From: Candidatus Hydrogenedentota bacterium
GTDB taxonomy: Bacteria > Hydrogenedentota > Hydrogenedentia > Hydrogenedentales > SLHB01
Length of the DNA stretch: 64,000 bases
NCBI GenBank assembly: GCA_045863295.1
Contig: BTWA01000020.1
Span: 42,122-106,121 of the forward strand
Reading direction: 5' to 3'
A program made the translations under genes and the position numbers. Shown here piece by piece: positions 20,143-29,194 of this stretch (the first letter of the stretch is position 1; each line of letters begins with the position of its first letter). Under the pieces are notes generated by a model. The model had not been told where the DNA came from. It saw only the letters and a program-made list of their open reading frames with translations, and searched no databases.

Positions 20143-22236
20143 GTGACCCAGGAACGGTACAAGCGCCTGAACGCACGGATTCAGGAAGCGTTGGACGACA
20201 GGTCCAAAAGCCGGGCACTGTTGCATTGCATGCAACGAGGACGGGATAACCGCTCCGTCCGGTTGCAGTCGCTGCCCGGAGGTGCGTCCTTTCGGGGCGA
20301 GGTGAAGGGCGTTAAAGAGCGATGCATCGCGGATCAGGAACGGCTGGTCGCCCACTTCACGGAGAATGCGGAGAAACGCGGCGTCAAGGTCTTTCGCGCG
20401 GCTTCCGGGATGCATGCGATTGAATACATGCTGCGTCTGGCGCGATCGCGCGGCGCAAAAACCATCGCCAAGTCCAAGTCGCTGACCACTGAAGAGATCG
20501 AATTAAACCAGCCGCTCACCGACGCGGGCATGCGCGTGGTGGAAACCGATCTGGGCGAACTCATTATTCAACTGGTGGATGAAAAGCCCTATCACCTGGT
20601 CTTTCCCTCCGTGCACAAAATGGCCCCCGAAGTGGCGGAGATCTTTTCGAAGGCCACCGGTGCGGCAGTCTCTCCGGACATTCCTTCGATCATGAAAGTG
20701 GTTCGCACATACTTGCGCCCCATCTTTCTGAGCGCGGACATCGGGCTGACCGGCGCGAATATCGGCATCGCCGAGACCGGCGGAATCGTTATTGAAACCA
20801 ACGAAGGCAATGGCCGGCTCGTATCGAGCATCGGTGACTGCCACGTCTGTGTCATGGGGCTGGAGAAGATCGTGGCCACGGTCGAAGATGCGTTGCTGAT
20901 GGTCATGGCCCATCCCGTGAGCGCATCCGGCCAGTTGCCGACAACCTATGTAACGTGGATGCACGGACACTCGCCGCTCGGCGAAGCAAGCCGCGCTCGC
21001 GAGTCCCACATTATTCTTCTGGACAACGGACGAACCGCGATGCGTGACGACCCGGCCATGCGTGAAGCGCTCCATTGCATCCGGTGCGGGGCATGCATGA
21101 ATGTCTGCCCCACGTACGGCGTGGTCGGCGGACACACGTTCGGGTACATCTATCCCGGTCCCATCGGCATCCCGTGGACAGCGCAGGTGCACGGCATGGA
21201 GAAAGCTGCTGCGTTTGCGCCGCTGTGCATCTCGTGCGGTCTGTGCAAGGAAATCTGTCCAGCGGACATAGACATACCCATGATGATCGCGACCGTAAAG
21301 CACAGGGACGCCAAGGTAACCCCACATTCCAAACCCGATCGCACCATGATGAAGGCGGACCGGTTCGCCCGGCTGGGGAGTGTGACGGCCCGTGTTGCCA
21401 ATTGGATGTTGAAGAATCCGGCGGCTCGCGCGGGCATGGAGGCGATGCTGGGGGTATCCGCGAAGCGCGTCATTCCGCCGTTTGACCGGACGCCGTTCAC
21501 CAGGCGATTTCATGCGCGAACAAGACCGGAGGGGCCGTTCCTGCGCCGGGTGGCGTTGTTCGTCGATGTGTATGCCGAGTACAACGCGCCACACTTGGCA
21601 ATGAAAGCGGTGTCACTCCTCGAGGCCGCCGGGTGTGAAGTCGTGCTGCCGGATCAACGGCCCAGCGGGTATCCGTTTATCGCGTACGGCGATTTGGATC
21701 GAGCCCGGGAAACGGCCGAGTACAACGTGGATAGGCTGGCGCCGTTTGTAAAAGATGGATGCGAGATTGTATCCATTGAGCCGACGGCGGCCTACTGCTT
21801 GCACCATTCCTACGCAGCCTTGTTGGCCGGTGACGATAGAGCGCTCCTCCTCGCAAATCACAGCCACGAATTATTTCCTTACTTGTTGGATCATGAAGGC
21901 ACGCCCGCTCGAACGCTGGAAGGCCGGCGTCTCGGATTTCATATCGCGTGCCACCAGCGGCCCATGTCAAACGGCGAAGCCGCGATCGAGTGGTTGCGAA
22001 GACGCGGCGCGGAGGTCAGTCGAATCGAAACCGGAACGTGTTGCGGCATGGGAGGAACGTTTGGCTTGAAAGCGGGACCACTGGGTCACGGGCTATCCAT
22101 GGCGGTGGGCGAACCATTGTTCGCGTTATTTAAGAATGCCACCATTGACACGATTGTCACGGAAAGTAGCGTTTGCGGGATTCAGTTGCGCGAGGGGACG
22201 AAGTTGCCGGTTCTACATCCGCTGCAATTACTTTAA
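20143..22236 (+). CDS. lutB: LutB/YkgF-like Fe-S protein fused to C-terminal CCG domains
   Basis: KSKSLTTEEI, ETDLGE, NEGN, CIRCGACMNVCP and CISCGLCKEICP; C-terminal HIACH and TCCGMGGTFG. Confidence 0.85.
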   Translation: MTQERYKRLNARIQEALDDRSKSRALLHCMQRGRDNRSVRLQSLPGGASFRGEVKGVKERCIADQERLVAHFTENAEKRGVKVFRAASGMHAIEYMLRLARSRGAKTIAKSKSLTTEEIELNQPLTDAGMRVVETDLGELIIQLVDEKPYHLVFPSVHKMAPEVAEIFSKATGAAVSPDIPSIMKVVRTYLRPIFLSADIGLTGANIGIAETGGIVIETNEGNGRLVSSIGDCHVCVMGLEKIVATVEDALLMVMAHPVSASGQLPTTYVTWMHGHSPLGEASRARESHIILLDNGRTAMRDDPAMREALHCIRCGACMNVCPTYGVVGGHTFGYIYPGPIGIPWTAQVHGMEKAAAFAPLCISCGLCKEICPADIDIPMMIATVKHRDAKVTPHSKPDRTMMKADRFARLGSVTARVANWMLKNPAARAGMEAMLGVSAKRVIPPFDRTPFTRRFHARTRPEGPFLRRVALFVDVYAEYNAPHLAMKAVSLLEAAGCEVVLPDQRPSGYPFIAYGDLDRARETAEYNVDRLAPFVKDGCEIVSIEPTAAYCLHHSYAALLAGDDRALLLANHSHELFPYLLDHEGTPARTLEGRRLGFHIACHQRPMSNGEAAIEWLRRRGAEVSRIETGTCCGMGGTFGLKAGPLGHGLSMAVGEPLFALFKNATIDTIVTESSVCGIQLREGTKLPVLHPLQLL

Positions 22237-22422
22237 CCCGCATTTTGCACCCCGGAGACTGTACTTCAGTCTTCGTGGTGCAAAATGTTCACACAGAATT
22301 CTTTAAGCTTGAAACGCTGAGGATATTTCACGAGCACACTGTAGGTGCGCCAGCTTTGGTAACAGGCCGGTTGAATTATTGTTACACCGTTAATTGCACA
22401 AAGTCGTTAAATATCCGGGTTA
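22234..22422. mobile_element. MITE/REPIN-like dispersed element, copy 2 (189 bp)
   Basis: TAACCCGCATTTTGCAC...GTTAAATATCCGGGTTA; internal hairpin unit is inverted relative to copy 1. Confidence 0.75.
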
Positions 22423-22755
22423 AGACTTATCCGCGGGTCTGGGCGCAATGTCGGGCTCGCTGGACTGAATCCATTCCACTGGCTTCCACGCACGGGTCTT
22501 GCAGACCGCTTGAACCGTGTGCCCTTCACGGTTCGTGTAGACGACCGTGTAATGACGGCCGTCCCGTTCTTCGGTAAAGGAACCCCATTCGGCATTCCAC
22601 TCGATGCTCACCATCTTGCCGCCCAGCTTTGCAATCGCCGATCGGACCCGGCGCGCGTCATACTTTTCCTTGAACAGCTCGAGCGAAAAAGCGAATGCGA
22701 TGAGGCCGCCGAGCAGCAGACTGATCGCCAGGAAGAGTGGGTTGTCCATGTGCAT
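22420..22755 (-). CDS. Small hypothetical membrane protein
   Basis: N-terminal TM helix; co-oriented and closely spaced with upstream genes. Confidence 0.6.
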   Translation of the reverse strand: MHMDNPLFLAISLLLGGLIAFAFSLELFKEKYDARRVRSAIAKLGGKMVSIEWNAEWGSFTEERDGRHYTVVYTNREGHTVQAVCKTRAWKPVEWIQSSEPDIAPRPADKS

Positions 22756-22758
22756 GCG

Positions 22759-23157
22759 CTATAAAGTCTCCGGAGCGTGTTCAATGGCCGGGCCAGGGGC
22801 GGGCCGGTAGGCCTCCAAAGCCTCGGCAATGTCGTCGTACAAATGTTCGGGAACATTCAAGGTGCAGACTCCCCGTTCTCCGCTGTCTCTCCGGTAGTCG
22901 ACCGGAGCGATGATAACACGAGTCTTGTCCATGCCAAACTTCGCCACAATGCAGAAGATTTCTTCAATGGCCCGATCGCCGATGGCCAGACACCCGATGG
23001 ATGCCGCGCTGCCATGAATACGAAGGTCACCCCCGAGACTCGTCCGGTTTTCATTCTCCGCCCATGCAACGTCAAACGCATTGGGATAGTTGACTCGAAG
23101 GGAAAGGCAAAAGGAACTTTTCGGATTCAGCGAGGCGCGCATTGCCCGGCGATTCAT
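22759..23157 (-). CDS. L,D-transpeptidase-family (YkuD/YafK-like) catalytic fragment, apparently N-terminally truncated
   Basis: LNPKSSFCLSLRVNYPNAFD and IHGSAASIGC motifs; only 132 aa. Confidence 0.7.
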   Translation of the reverse strand: MNRRAMRASLNPKSSFCLSLRVNYPNAFDVAWAENENRTSLGGDLRIHGSAASIGCLAIGDRAIEEIFCIVAKFGMDKTRVIIAPVDYRRDSGERGVCTLNVPEHLYDDIAEALEAYRPAPGPAIEHAPETL

Positions 23158-24455
23158 GGTTCGTGCACTGTCGCGGCAAGCGACGGCGCAAGCAGCAGCG
23201 CGCGTTCACGCGATTCCGCCGCACGCCGGGGATCGCCGAGGCCGTCGAGCGTCCGGGCAAGCCCCCAGTGCACCAGCGGATCTTCCGGATCTTCCTTGAG
23301 CGCCTGTACGTAGAGTGCGAGCGCCATGCGGTGGTCACCCGACCGAAGAGTGTTGTCTGCCTCCAACCGGAATCGAAGTGCTCGCAATCGGGCCACGGGC
23401 TCCGGTAGTCCGGGCGCGAATCCGCACGCCAGTTCCAGGTGGCGTTGCGCCTCCGGCGGATGCCCGGCGAGGTCGGCCGCGCGCGCAACGTAGAGTCGCG
23501 CCAGAATGTGGTTGGGGGCCTGTGTAAGCGCTCCGTCGAGCCGGGCCGTGGCGGCGTCCAAGCGACCTTCGCGAATGTCGACGGCCGCGAGCGCCGTAAG
23601 CACGTGGGGAGGCGCTATTCCGTGCCTCTCCAGAGTCTCCAAAACGTGGCTAGCCTCTTCGGTGTCTCCCCTGTTCAGAAGAAGGTTGGCCAACGTCGTG
23701 GCGGCGGGCAGGTCGAGCGGATCGCGTTCCAATACGCGCCGGCACAGCGGCTCCGCCTCGTCGGCCCGATCCATGGACACCAGTTGTTCCGCGAGGTCGT
23801 GCAGCGCTTTGGCATCGTCCGGACGCGCGGCAGCCTTCGCCTCCAGAATGGAAAGGTAACGAACCGCCTTTTGTGCGTTGGCCGGCGCATAGCCGTAGTG
23901 ATGGATGAGGACATCCAGTCTGCCCACCACCCCGCCAAGTTCCAATACCGACTCCGTAATGTTCTCATGCACCGGTTCCCGGTATTCAAAGCCGCGCCCG
24001 TTTCGGAACAACCGGAGCAAGGGCACCGCGAGGTACCCTGCGTGGCCGCGTGCAAAAGGATCGCCCGGCCGCGACGGTGTCCAGCGCCACGCGCGGGGCT
24101 CGTCGCAGTAGTTGGCCAAGGTCACTTCAAACGCGTCGGATCCATTGCCGTCGGCATCCACGGTCTGCCGGATGCGCGCGGCACTTTCCGGGTCGAGGCA
24201 TTCGTCCGCGTCCATATGAAGGAGCCAGTCCGCCGTTGTGTGGCGCAATACGGCGTTGCGCGCTGCCGAAAAGTCATTGCGCCAGACAATGTCCAGGACC
24301 TTAGGTGTGAAGCGCCGGGCGACGTCTGCCGTGTCGTCGGAGGAACCAGTGTCTCCGATGATAATCTCGTCGGCAATGGCGGCGACACTTTCGAGGCACG
24401 ACTCAAGGCACGCGGATTCATTACGCACGATCATGATGATGGCCAGTGTAGGCAT
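23154..24455 (-). CDS. GT2 glycosyltransferase with TPR repeats
   Basis: IMIVRNE, DTGSSDDT, WRNDFSAARN, MDADE, VHE and HYGY motifs, then TPRs. Confidence 0.9.
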   Translation of the reverse strand: MPTLAIIMIVRNESACLESCLESVAAIADEIIIGDTGSSDDTADVARRFTPKVLDIVWRNDFSAARNAVLRHTTADWLLHMDADECLDPESAARIRQTVDADGNGSDAFEVTLANYCDEPRAWRWTPSRPGDPFARGHAGYLAVPLLRLFRNGRGFEYREPVHENITESVLELGGVVGRLDVLIHHYGYAPANAQKAVRYLSILEAKAAARPDDAKALHDLAEQLVSMDRADEAEPLCRRVLERDPLDLPAATTLANLLLNRGDTEEASHVLETLERHGIAPPHVLTALAAVDIREGRLDAATARLDGALTQAPNHILARLYVARAADLAGHPPEAQRHLELACGFAPGLPEPVARLRALRFRLEADNTLRSGDHRMALALYVQALKEDPEDPLVHWGLARTLDGLGDPRRAAESRERALLLAPSLAATVHEP

Positions 24456-24485
24456 GGGAGCAGTTTAGCGGGCAGGGCGGGCAAT

Positions 24486-24523
24486 AAAAAAACTCGGGCA
24501 TCCCTTGCTGGAGATGCCCGAGT
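24486..24523 (-). terminator. Intrinsic terminator after flgM
   Basis: ACTCGGGCATC/GATGCCCGAGT 11-bp stem followed by a T-run on the minus strand. Confidence 0.8.
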
Positions 24524-24543
24524 ATCGTCGTGAGTGGTTGGCT

Positions 24544-24843
24544 CTACAGAAGTTCGCTCAGCTTTCGCGCCACCTCGGCAATGAGATTCGGCAATTTGTA
24601 GTCACCGCGCTCCAGCGCCGCGCGGGCTTCGTCCACGCGTTCTTGCCGGATATCGGGCGTTTCGTTGCCAAGCTGCACGGCTTGCGCTACCGACGCGGCT
24701 TCCTGAGCCTCGGAACTGATCTGCACCCCATCTTGCGGGGCCGGCCCGCGGGATCGCGTCTCTTCGTTGCGACGTTCGCGGACGCTGGCCGAGCGTTGGG
24801 GTTGGGGCTCTGGTATGCCCCCTACTCCCTTCACATCAACCAT
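24544..24843 (-). CDS. flgM: Flagellar anti-sigma-28 factor
   Basis: 99 aa; DGVQISSEA and PDIRQERVDEARAALERGDY signature; sigma-28 promoter upstream. Confidence 0.85.
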   Translation of the reverse strand: MVDVKGVGGIPEPQPQRSASVRERRNEETRSRGPAPQDGVQISSEAQEAASVAQAVQLGNETPDIRQERVDEARAALERGDYKLPNLIAEVARKLSELL

Positions 24844-24911
24844 GTGTCCATCTCCTTATCAACGGCGCCCTGCGATTGGCTGAGCGCTTCAATCCAAATC
24901 TTCGTTATCTT

Positions 24912-24938
24912 ATATCGGCAGGCACCGCCAAAACTTTA
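24912..24938 (-). promoter_or_regulatory. Sigma-28 (FliA) promoter of flgM
   Basis: TAAAGTTT-N11-GCCGATAT on the minus strand, one mismatch from TAAAGTTT-N11-GCCGATAA. Confidence 0.85.
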
Positions 24939-25098
24939 GCCACATTCCGCAAAATCCTTGGCCTCCAACGCCAAGCGTGGTCTGCAACCCGAATAATGGC
25001 ACCTAACATAGTATAAAAAATAGAGTTAGGGGATTCAATAAAATCAATATCTTGCACTCTCACTAGCCCCTAACGTGTATCACGCATGAAGCCTGCGG

Positions 25099-25196
25099 GG
25101 TGCAAAATGCTCACACAGAATCGTTTGGGACAGAAAAGCTTAGGATATCTCACGAGCACATTATACCTTCATCGGACGGGTGAATAATCGGGGCTA
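25099..25196. mobile_element. MITE/REPIN-like element, degenerate copy 3
   Basis: GGTGCAAAATGCTCACACAGAAT...GGATATCTCACGAGCACA...GGTGAATAATCGGGGCTA; a left end may survive as TAGCCCC at 25064. Confidence 0.6.
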
Positions 25197-25253
25197 ACAG
25201 TCTGTCGGAAAGGTAGCTTTTCGAGTAGAAATTCGCCTAAGTCCGACAAACTG

Positions 25254-25691
25254 CTAGACGGGAAAGGCTTCTCGAGCAGGTGAAACGGCAACACACTCCA
25301 GGAATTCCGTAACGGAAACCCAGTTCGCGCGCTGCGGGATCGCATCCGGAGCGGACCAGATCGGCGTGCCTACCACGATGAAGTCCGCATTCCCGGCCCG
25401 GGATGCGTCCATCGCCATATCCCACCATCCGGTCCCCGATAGAGGGCCGGTCGAAACAAACTGCGCCTTTTCCGGTGCGGTAAACCAACGCAGCCACGAC
25501 CTCAGAAGGGGGTCTTCCAAACCCAGATCGCGGAGTAGACGCAGGTAACAAGACAAAAGCGGTCGGCTGACAATGACCCGGTATCGGCCATCGCGCCAAA
25601 ACGTCAGCACGTCCTTCTCCGTGCGAGCGAATACTCCGTGAATGAACACGTCGGGAAGCAGCACCACTTTGGGTACGTGGGGATTATTCAC
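25254..25691 (-). CDS. Degenerate PIN-like domain protein
   Basis: KVVLLPDVFIHG, IVSRPLL and ASRAGNADFIVVG follow the PIN pattern; GTG start overlaps the HTH gene end. Confidence 0.55.
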   Translation of the reverse strand: MNNPHVPKVVLLPDVFIHGVFARTEKDVLTFWRDGRYRVIVSRPLLSCYLRLLRDLGLEDPLLRSWLRWFTAPEKAQFVSTGPLSGTGWWDMAMDASRAGNADFIVVGTPIWSAPDAIPQRANWVSVTEFLECVAVSPAREAFPV

Positions 25692-25965
25692 GGGACGCTT
25701 CCTCCAGGAGCCGTTCGATGTCGTCGTCGGTGAGGGCCCGGCGCCGTGCGCTGATTTCCGTTTGTTGCCGCAGCAAATCGAACCCGCCTTTGGACAATGT
25801 GATGGATGCATCGATCCACTCGTCGAGAATGCGGCGGCGAAATCGCCATTCCTTGCCGAGTTTGGCTCCGGGAATCTGGCCTTCCTGAGCCCATTTGTAA
25901 ACCGTCTGCGGTTTAAGCTTCAGGTACTTCGCGACCTCTTCCACGGTCATGATGTCGTCGTTCAT
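25684..25965 (-). CDS. Excisionase-like helix-turn-helix DNA-binding protein
   Basis: IMTVEEVAKYLKLKPQTVYKWAQEGQIPGAKLGKEWRF. Confidence 0.9.
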   Translation of the reverse strand: MNDDIMTVEEVAKYLKLKPQTVYKWAQEGQIPGAKLGKEWRFRRRILDEWIDASITLSKGGFDLLRQQTEISARRRALTDDDIERLLEEASRE

Positions 25966-25982
25966 GGTCTCGCCCGCCCCAT

Positions 25983-26732
25983 TCAATGGATGCCCAACAA
26001 CTGAAAGACGGAGATGACCACCCCCTCATAAAAATTGAGGTCGACGCCGTGCCGGAACAGTTCGAAATCCCGATCGGGCGATCCGATAAAGGGGCGCAGG
26101 CTCCAGGCCACCTGGGTGCCGACAAAAGCAAAAATCACGATCCACACCTGCATGATGCGGACCGCCTGCTTCGGGTAGAGCGAAGAACTCTCGCACATCG
26201 CTTCAAGGCCTCTCCAAAGGCCCACCATGGCCCAAAGTCCACTAAATCCAAAGATGGCGACGTGCAACAATTTGAGAAAATCATATTTCGCGCCGGTCAA
26301 CGTAAAGAACAGTACTATCGGCGAGCAGCTGGCCAGCAATATGGCATTCAAAGCCATGGCCAGAAGAATTAGCGCAAGCGTCTGCAGAAACCCCAGATGG
26401 GACCCCATGATCACATTCACCACGTACAGCACCGGATAACAAACCGCAAGCGTAATCAAATACAACGAGGGAACTTTGACGGCGGAAACCAACATTTGGA
26501 GCCAGCCTGTGGATAAACCCATAACAAGACCATGAAAGCCGCTCAGTAGAACCACGATGACGACGAGAACAAGTATCTGCCGCCCCACGGACTCATTACG
26601 GAAGATGCTCTGGAAATAGTCGTCCCGGTTGCGGAGGATGCCGTCCAGATACTTCATGGAATAGGACGAAATGCGTTCGTTGGAGGACGATGGACTGCCG
26701 GATGGAAAGTCAGCAAAACGGGTGGTGCTCAT
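25983..26732 (-). CDS. Multi-pass membrane protein of unknown function
   Basis: About five TM helices; C-terminal FVGTQVAWSLRPFIG; start uncertain. Confidence 0.75.
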   Translation of the reverse strand: MSTTRFADFPSGSPSSSNERISSYSMKYLDGILRNRDDYFQSIFRNESVGRQILVLVVIVVLLSGFHGLVMGLSTGWLQMLVSAVKVPSLYLITLAVCYPVLYVVNVIMGSHLGFLQTLALILLAMALNAILLASCSPIVLFFTLTGAKYDFLKLLHVAIFGFSGLWAMVGLWRGLEAMCESSSLYPKQAVRIMQVWIVIFAFVGTQVAWSLRPFIGSPDRDFELFRHGVDLNFYEGVVISVFQLLGIH

Positions 26733-26863
26733 GCCACGGTACCCTCCCAGAGAATGAAGGAAAATTGCGATCCCGGGAACAAGGATACCCCAAATCGAGC
26801 GTGATGTCAATGTTTGTTACTGTTTGATACTGTTTTATGTTGTTTAATCGTCGATCCGAGCCG

Positions 26864-28018
26864 CTATATCCCTTCAAACGCTTCGGAGTAGAACCGGTTA
26901 ATTCGGTCCTCCGTGGTATCGCCAACCTGATTTCGAAAGCGGTAGGGCTCCGACGAGATTCCGTGGCTGAACGGGCCAATCTGATGGGCTTGGAAACCGT
27001 GATCCCTGGCTGCGGGGGAGACCGCCAACTCGTGCAACAGCGTATGGATGCCGTGCACCACGGATTCAGCCGGTTCGCCGTCCTCGACCCCCAATGCCAC
27101 GGCAATGGAGCGTATGGATTCGGGAACGTATGTAGCATTGAACCGGAAGACGGGGCCCAGCAGCAGCGCATTGGCCAAGCCGTGAGGGATGCCGCATTCC
27201 AAGGTCAGAGGGTAGCCCATGCCGTGAACAAGGGTGGTTCCGCTGTGGGCGATGATCATTCCGGACAACGTGGCCGCCCGCATCATCGCGGCACGAGCAT
27301 CCCGGTCTTCCGGATTGTCCGCGGCCGTGGGCAGGAATTGGCGTACAAGGCGAATGGATTCAAGCGCGGAAGGCGCGTGCTCAGGTACGGCCTTCTTCGA
27401 CACCATGCCTTCCATGGCCTGGCTCAATGCATCCAATCCGGTGGCCAACGTTGTGGACCGTGGCAAGGACAGCGTCATCTCTGGATCGATCAGAGCGGCG
27501 GCAGGAAACAGGGCATTGCCGGAAATCGTGCGCTTGGTCCTGTTCTCGTCGTCGACAATCACGGCGTAGGGAGTGACTTCACTGCCGGACCCGGCGGTGG
27601 TTGGAATGGCAACAATCGGCAAACAGCCGCGCGTGAAAGAATCGGCGCCGAAGAAATCCTGGCAGAGTCCCGGGTTGAGCGTGAGGCCCGCGACCGCCTT
27701 GGCAACATCCATCGGACTGCCACCGCCAACCGCGACAACAACGTCGCACCCCGCTTCGCGGGCCAAGGCGGCCGCTTGGTCGCACAGGCGGGTGCCCGGG
27801 TTCTCCACTACGCCTTCAAACACAACCGCGTCCGGAAACCAGAAACGGATTCGATCCAGGTATCCCATGGCACGGGCGGATTTTCCGCCAGTCACGACAA
27901 AAGGTGTAGAACCGTGGGGTCGCAATGCCGACGGCAGCCGCTTGGCGGCCCCGAATCCGAACAGAATTTCTGTCGGCACCCAAGGCGGGAAGGGATCAAA
28001 GAGTGCGGGATTACTCAC
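26864..28018 (-). CDS. Iron-containing alcohol dehydrogenase
   Basis: AVGGGSPMDVAK, IPTTAGSGSEVT, DALSQAMEG, HGMGY and PHGLANA motifs. Confidence 0.92.
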   Translation of the reverse strand: MSNPALFDPFPPWVPTEILFGFGAAKRLPSALRPHGSTPFVVTGGKSARAMGYLDRIRFWFPDAVVFEGVVENPGTRLCDQAAALAREAGCDVVVAVGGGSPMDVAKAVAGLTLNPGLCQDFFGADSFTRGCLPIVAIPTTAGSGSEVTPYAVIVDDENRTKRTISGNALFPAAALIDPEMTLSLPRSTTLATGLDALSQAMEGMVSKKAVPEHAPSALESIRLVRQFLPTAADNPEDRDARAAMMRAATLSGMIIAHSGTTLVHGMGYPLTLECGIPHGLANALLLGPVFRFNATYVPESIRSIAVALGVEDGEPAESVVHGIHTLLHELAVSPAARDHGFQAHQIGPFSHGISSEPYRFRNQVGDTTEDRINRFYSEAFEGI

Positions 28019-28505
28019 CGCGCCGTCCCAGAGCGGCTTTGACGCTGTCCTCCAAATCCTGGATGACCGCATCGCGTTTGAAGTTGACGCGGCGCAACTT
28101 GGATTCGGCTTTGACAGCGGCATCGGAAAAGGGTGCAAGGTCGATGGCTTTGGTCCAATACGTCACCGCTTCGCGAAGCAGGTCTTTCTTGTACATGACA
28201 TTGCCCATGTACGTATGTGCGAGGGCATATTCCGCGTCCATGAGGATTGCTTTCCGAAAACATTCCTCGGCGCGCGCGAAATCTTTTTCGTTGTAATGCT
28301 TGCGGCCGCGTTCCAACAGTTTGGCGGCGCTTTGGTGGTCGTAAGGCCCGCGGTTGCTCTGGATGGCACGCTTCAGCTTGCGCGAATCGCCGGCAATGCC
28401 TTTGAGCACGTCGCCGGCGTCTTCCTTTCGTGTGGCAAGGCGCTTGAGGTGTTTGCCAAGGTTCTTGGCATACGTGGAGACAGTTTTGCCGATGTCTTTT
28501 GCCAT
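28011..28505 (-). CDS. TPR repeat protein
   Basis: AEECFRKAILMDAEYALAHTYMGNV...WTKAIDLAP. Confidence 0.8.
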   Translation of the reverse strand: MAKDIGKTVSTYAKNLGKHLKRLATRKEDAGDVLKGIAGDSRKLKRAIQSNRGPYDHQSAAKLLERGRKHYNEKDFARAEECFRKAILMDAEYALAHTYMGNVMYKKDLLREAVTYWTKAIDLAPFSDAAVKAESKLRRVNFKRDAVIQDLEDSVKAALGRRGE

Positions 28506-28654
28506 TTGCGCAGTCCTGTTGGGGATATTCTAACACTGAAATGCGATTGGCACAAAGGCCATGAAAGACTACAGGCCTGTCACTCCATTCGGACTTCGTG
28601 TTGAATTCAGGCGGATTCATTAAGTACAATCTACCCTTCCTGTCCGCTCTCTTT

Positions 28655-28741
28655 GCCGGAGTGGTGGAATTGGCAGACACGCATGGCTCAGGACCATGTG
28701 GGGGCAACCCTGTGGAGGTTCGAATCCTCTCTCCGGCACCA
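28655..28741 (+). tRNA. tRNA-Leu (CAG)
   Basis: GCCGGAG/CTCCGGC acceptor stem with ACCA; anticodon loop CTCAGGA; long variable arm; T-loop GTTCGAATC. Confidence 0.97.
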
Positions 28742-29010
28742 CTTATTCCCGACTCCAACCCAAAGTCACCGTTGCATATTCGCCGGTCGTTGACCCTAAG
28801 ATTCCGCCGCCAAGTTTCGAAGTCATGGTTGTACATGGGCTCGCATCCGCGGTCTGTCCCACTTTGAATTCTTTGCAACGTGATTGTCGTTCCGGCTTCC
28901 ATGCGTCTTCGCTCTGTTGGAGCAGGAAAAGACGTTAGCCACCTTAGCCTTCATCCCAGGCCGACTTAGTGCGGACTGTTATCCCTGAAGAATGGATTAC
29001 GCAAAAGATA

Positions 29011-29041
29011 CGGCCCCGGCAACAACGCGCCGCCGGGGCCG
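29011..29041 (-). terminator. Hairpin downstream of the Y RNA genes, probable terminator
   Basis: CGGCCCCGGC/GCCGGGGCCG 10-bp stem followed by TATCTTTT on the minus strand. Confidence 0.65.
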
Positions 29042-29050
29042 AAAAGGTTT

Positions 29051-29182
29051 GCCGGATGAATGGTTGGTATGGGCGTTTTACCGCTCTACCATCTGAGCTA
29101 CGATTCAACCGAAGTTGAACGGCCGGACTCGAACCGGCGACCTGTTCGTAATCTAACGATAACCCATCCCATGCGACCCGGC
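29051..29182 (-). ncRNA. yrlA: YrlA-like Y RNA with a permuted tRNA-like domain
   Basis: Terminal stem GCCGGGUCGCAUGG/CCAUUCAUCCGGC; T-arm GCCGG-UUCGAGU-CCGGC, closed acceptor-like hairpin UUCAAC-UUCG-GUUGAA, D-arm UAGCUCAGAUGGUAGAGC; downstream of rsr. Confidence 0.88.
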
Positions 29183-29194
29183 AAAAACTCAAAT

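Noticed and set aside
8346..22422. Dispersed element copies as integron attC sites
   Set aside because: The TAAC/GTTA-like ends are suggestive, but they do not fit RYYYAAC/GTTRRRY well, the flanking genes are convergent and no integrase is present
25684..25965. Excisionase-like gene as a prophage marker
   Set aside because: No phage or integrase genes nearby; this HTH family is common as a stand-alone regulator
28742..29010. Integrated element at tRNA-Leu
   Set aside because: No integrase was found, and I saw no duplicated tRNA 3' end in the window
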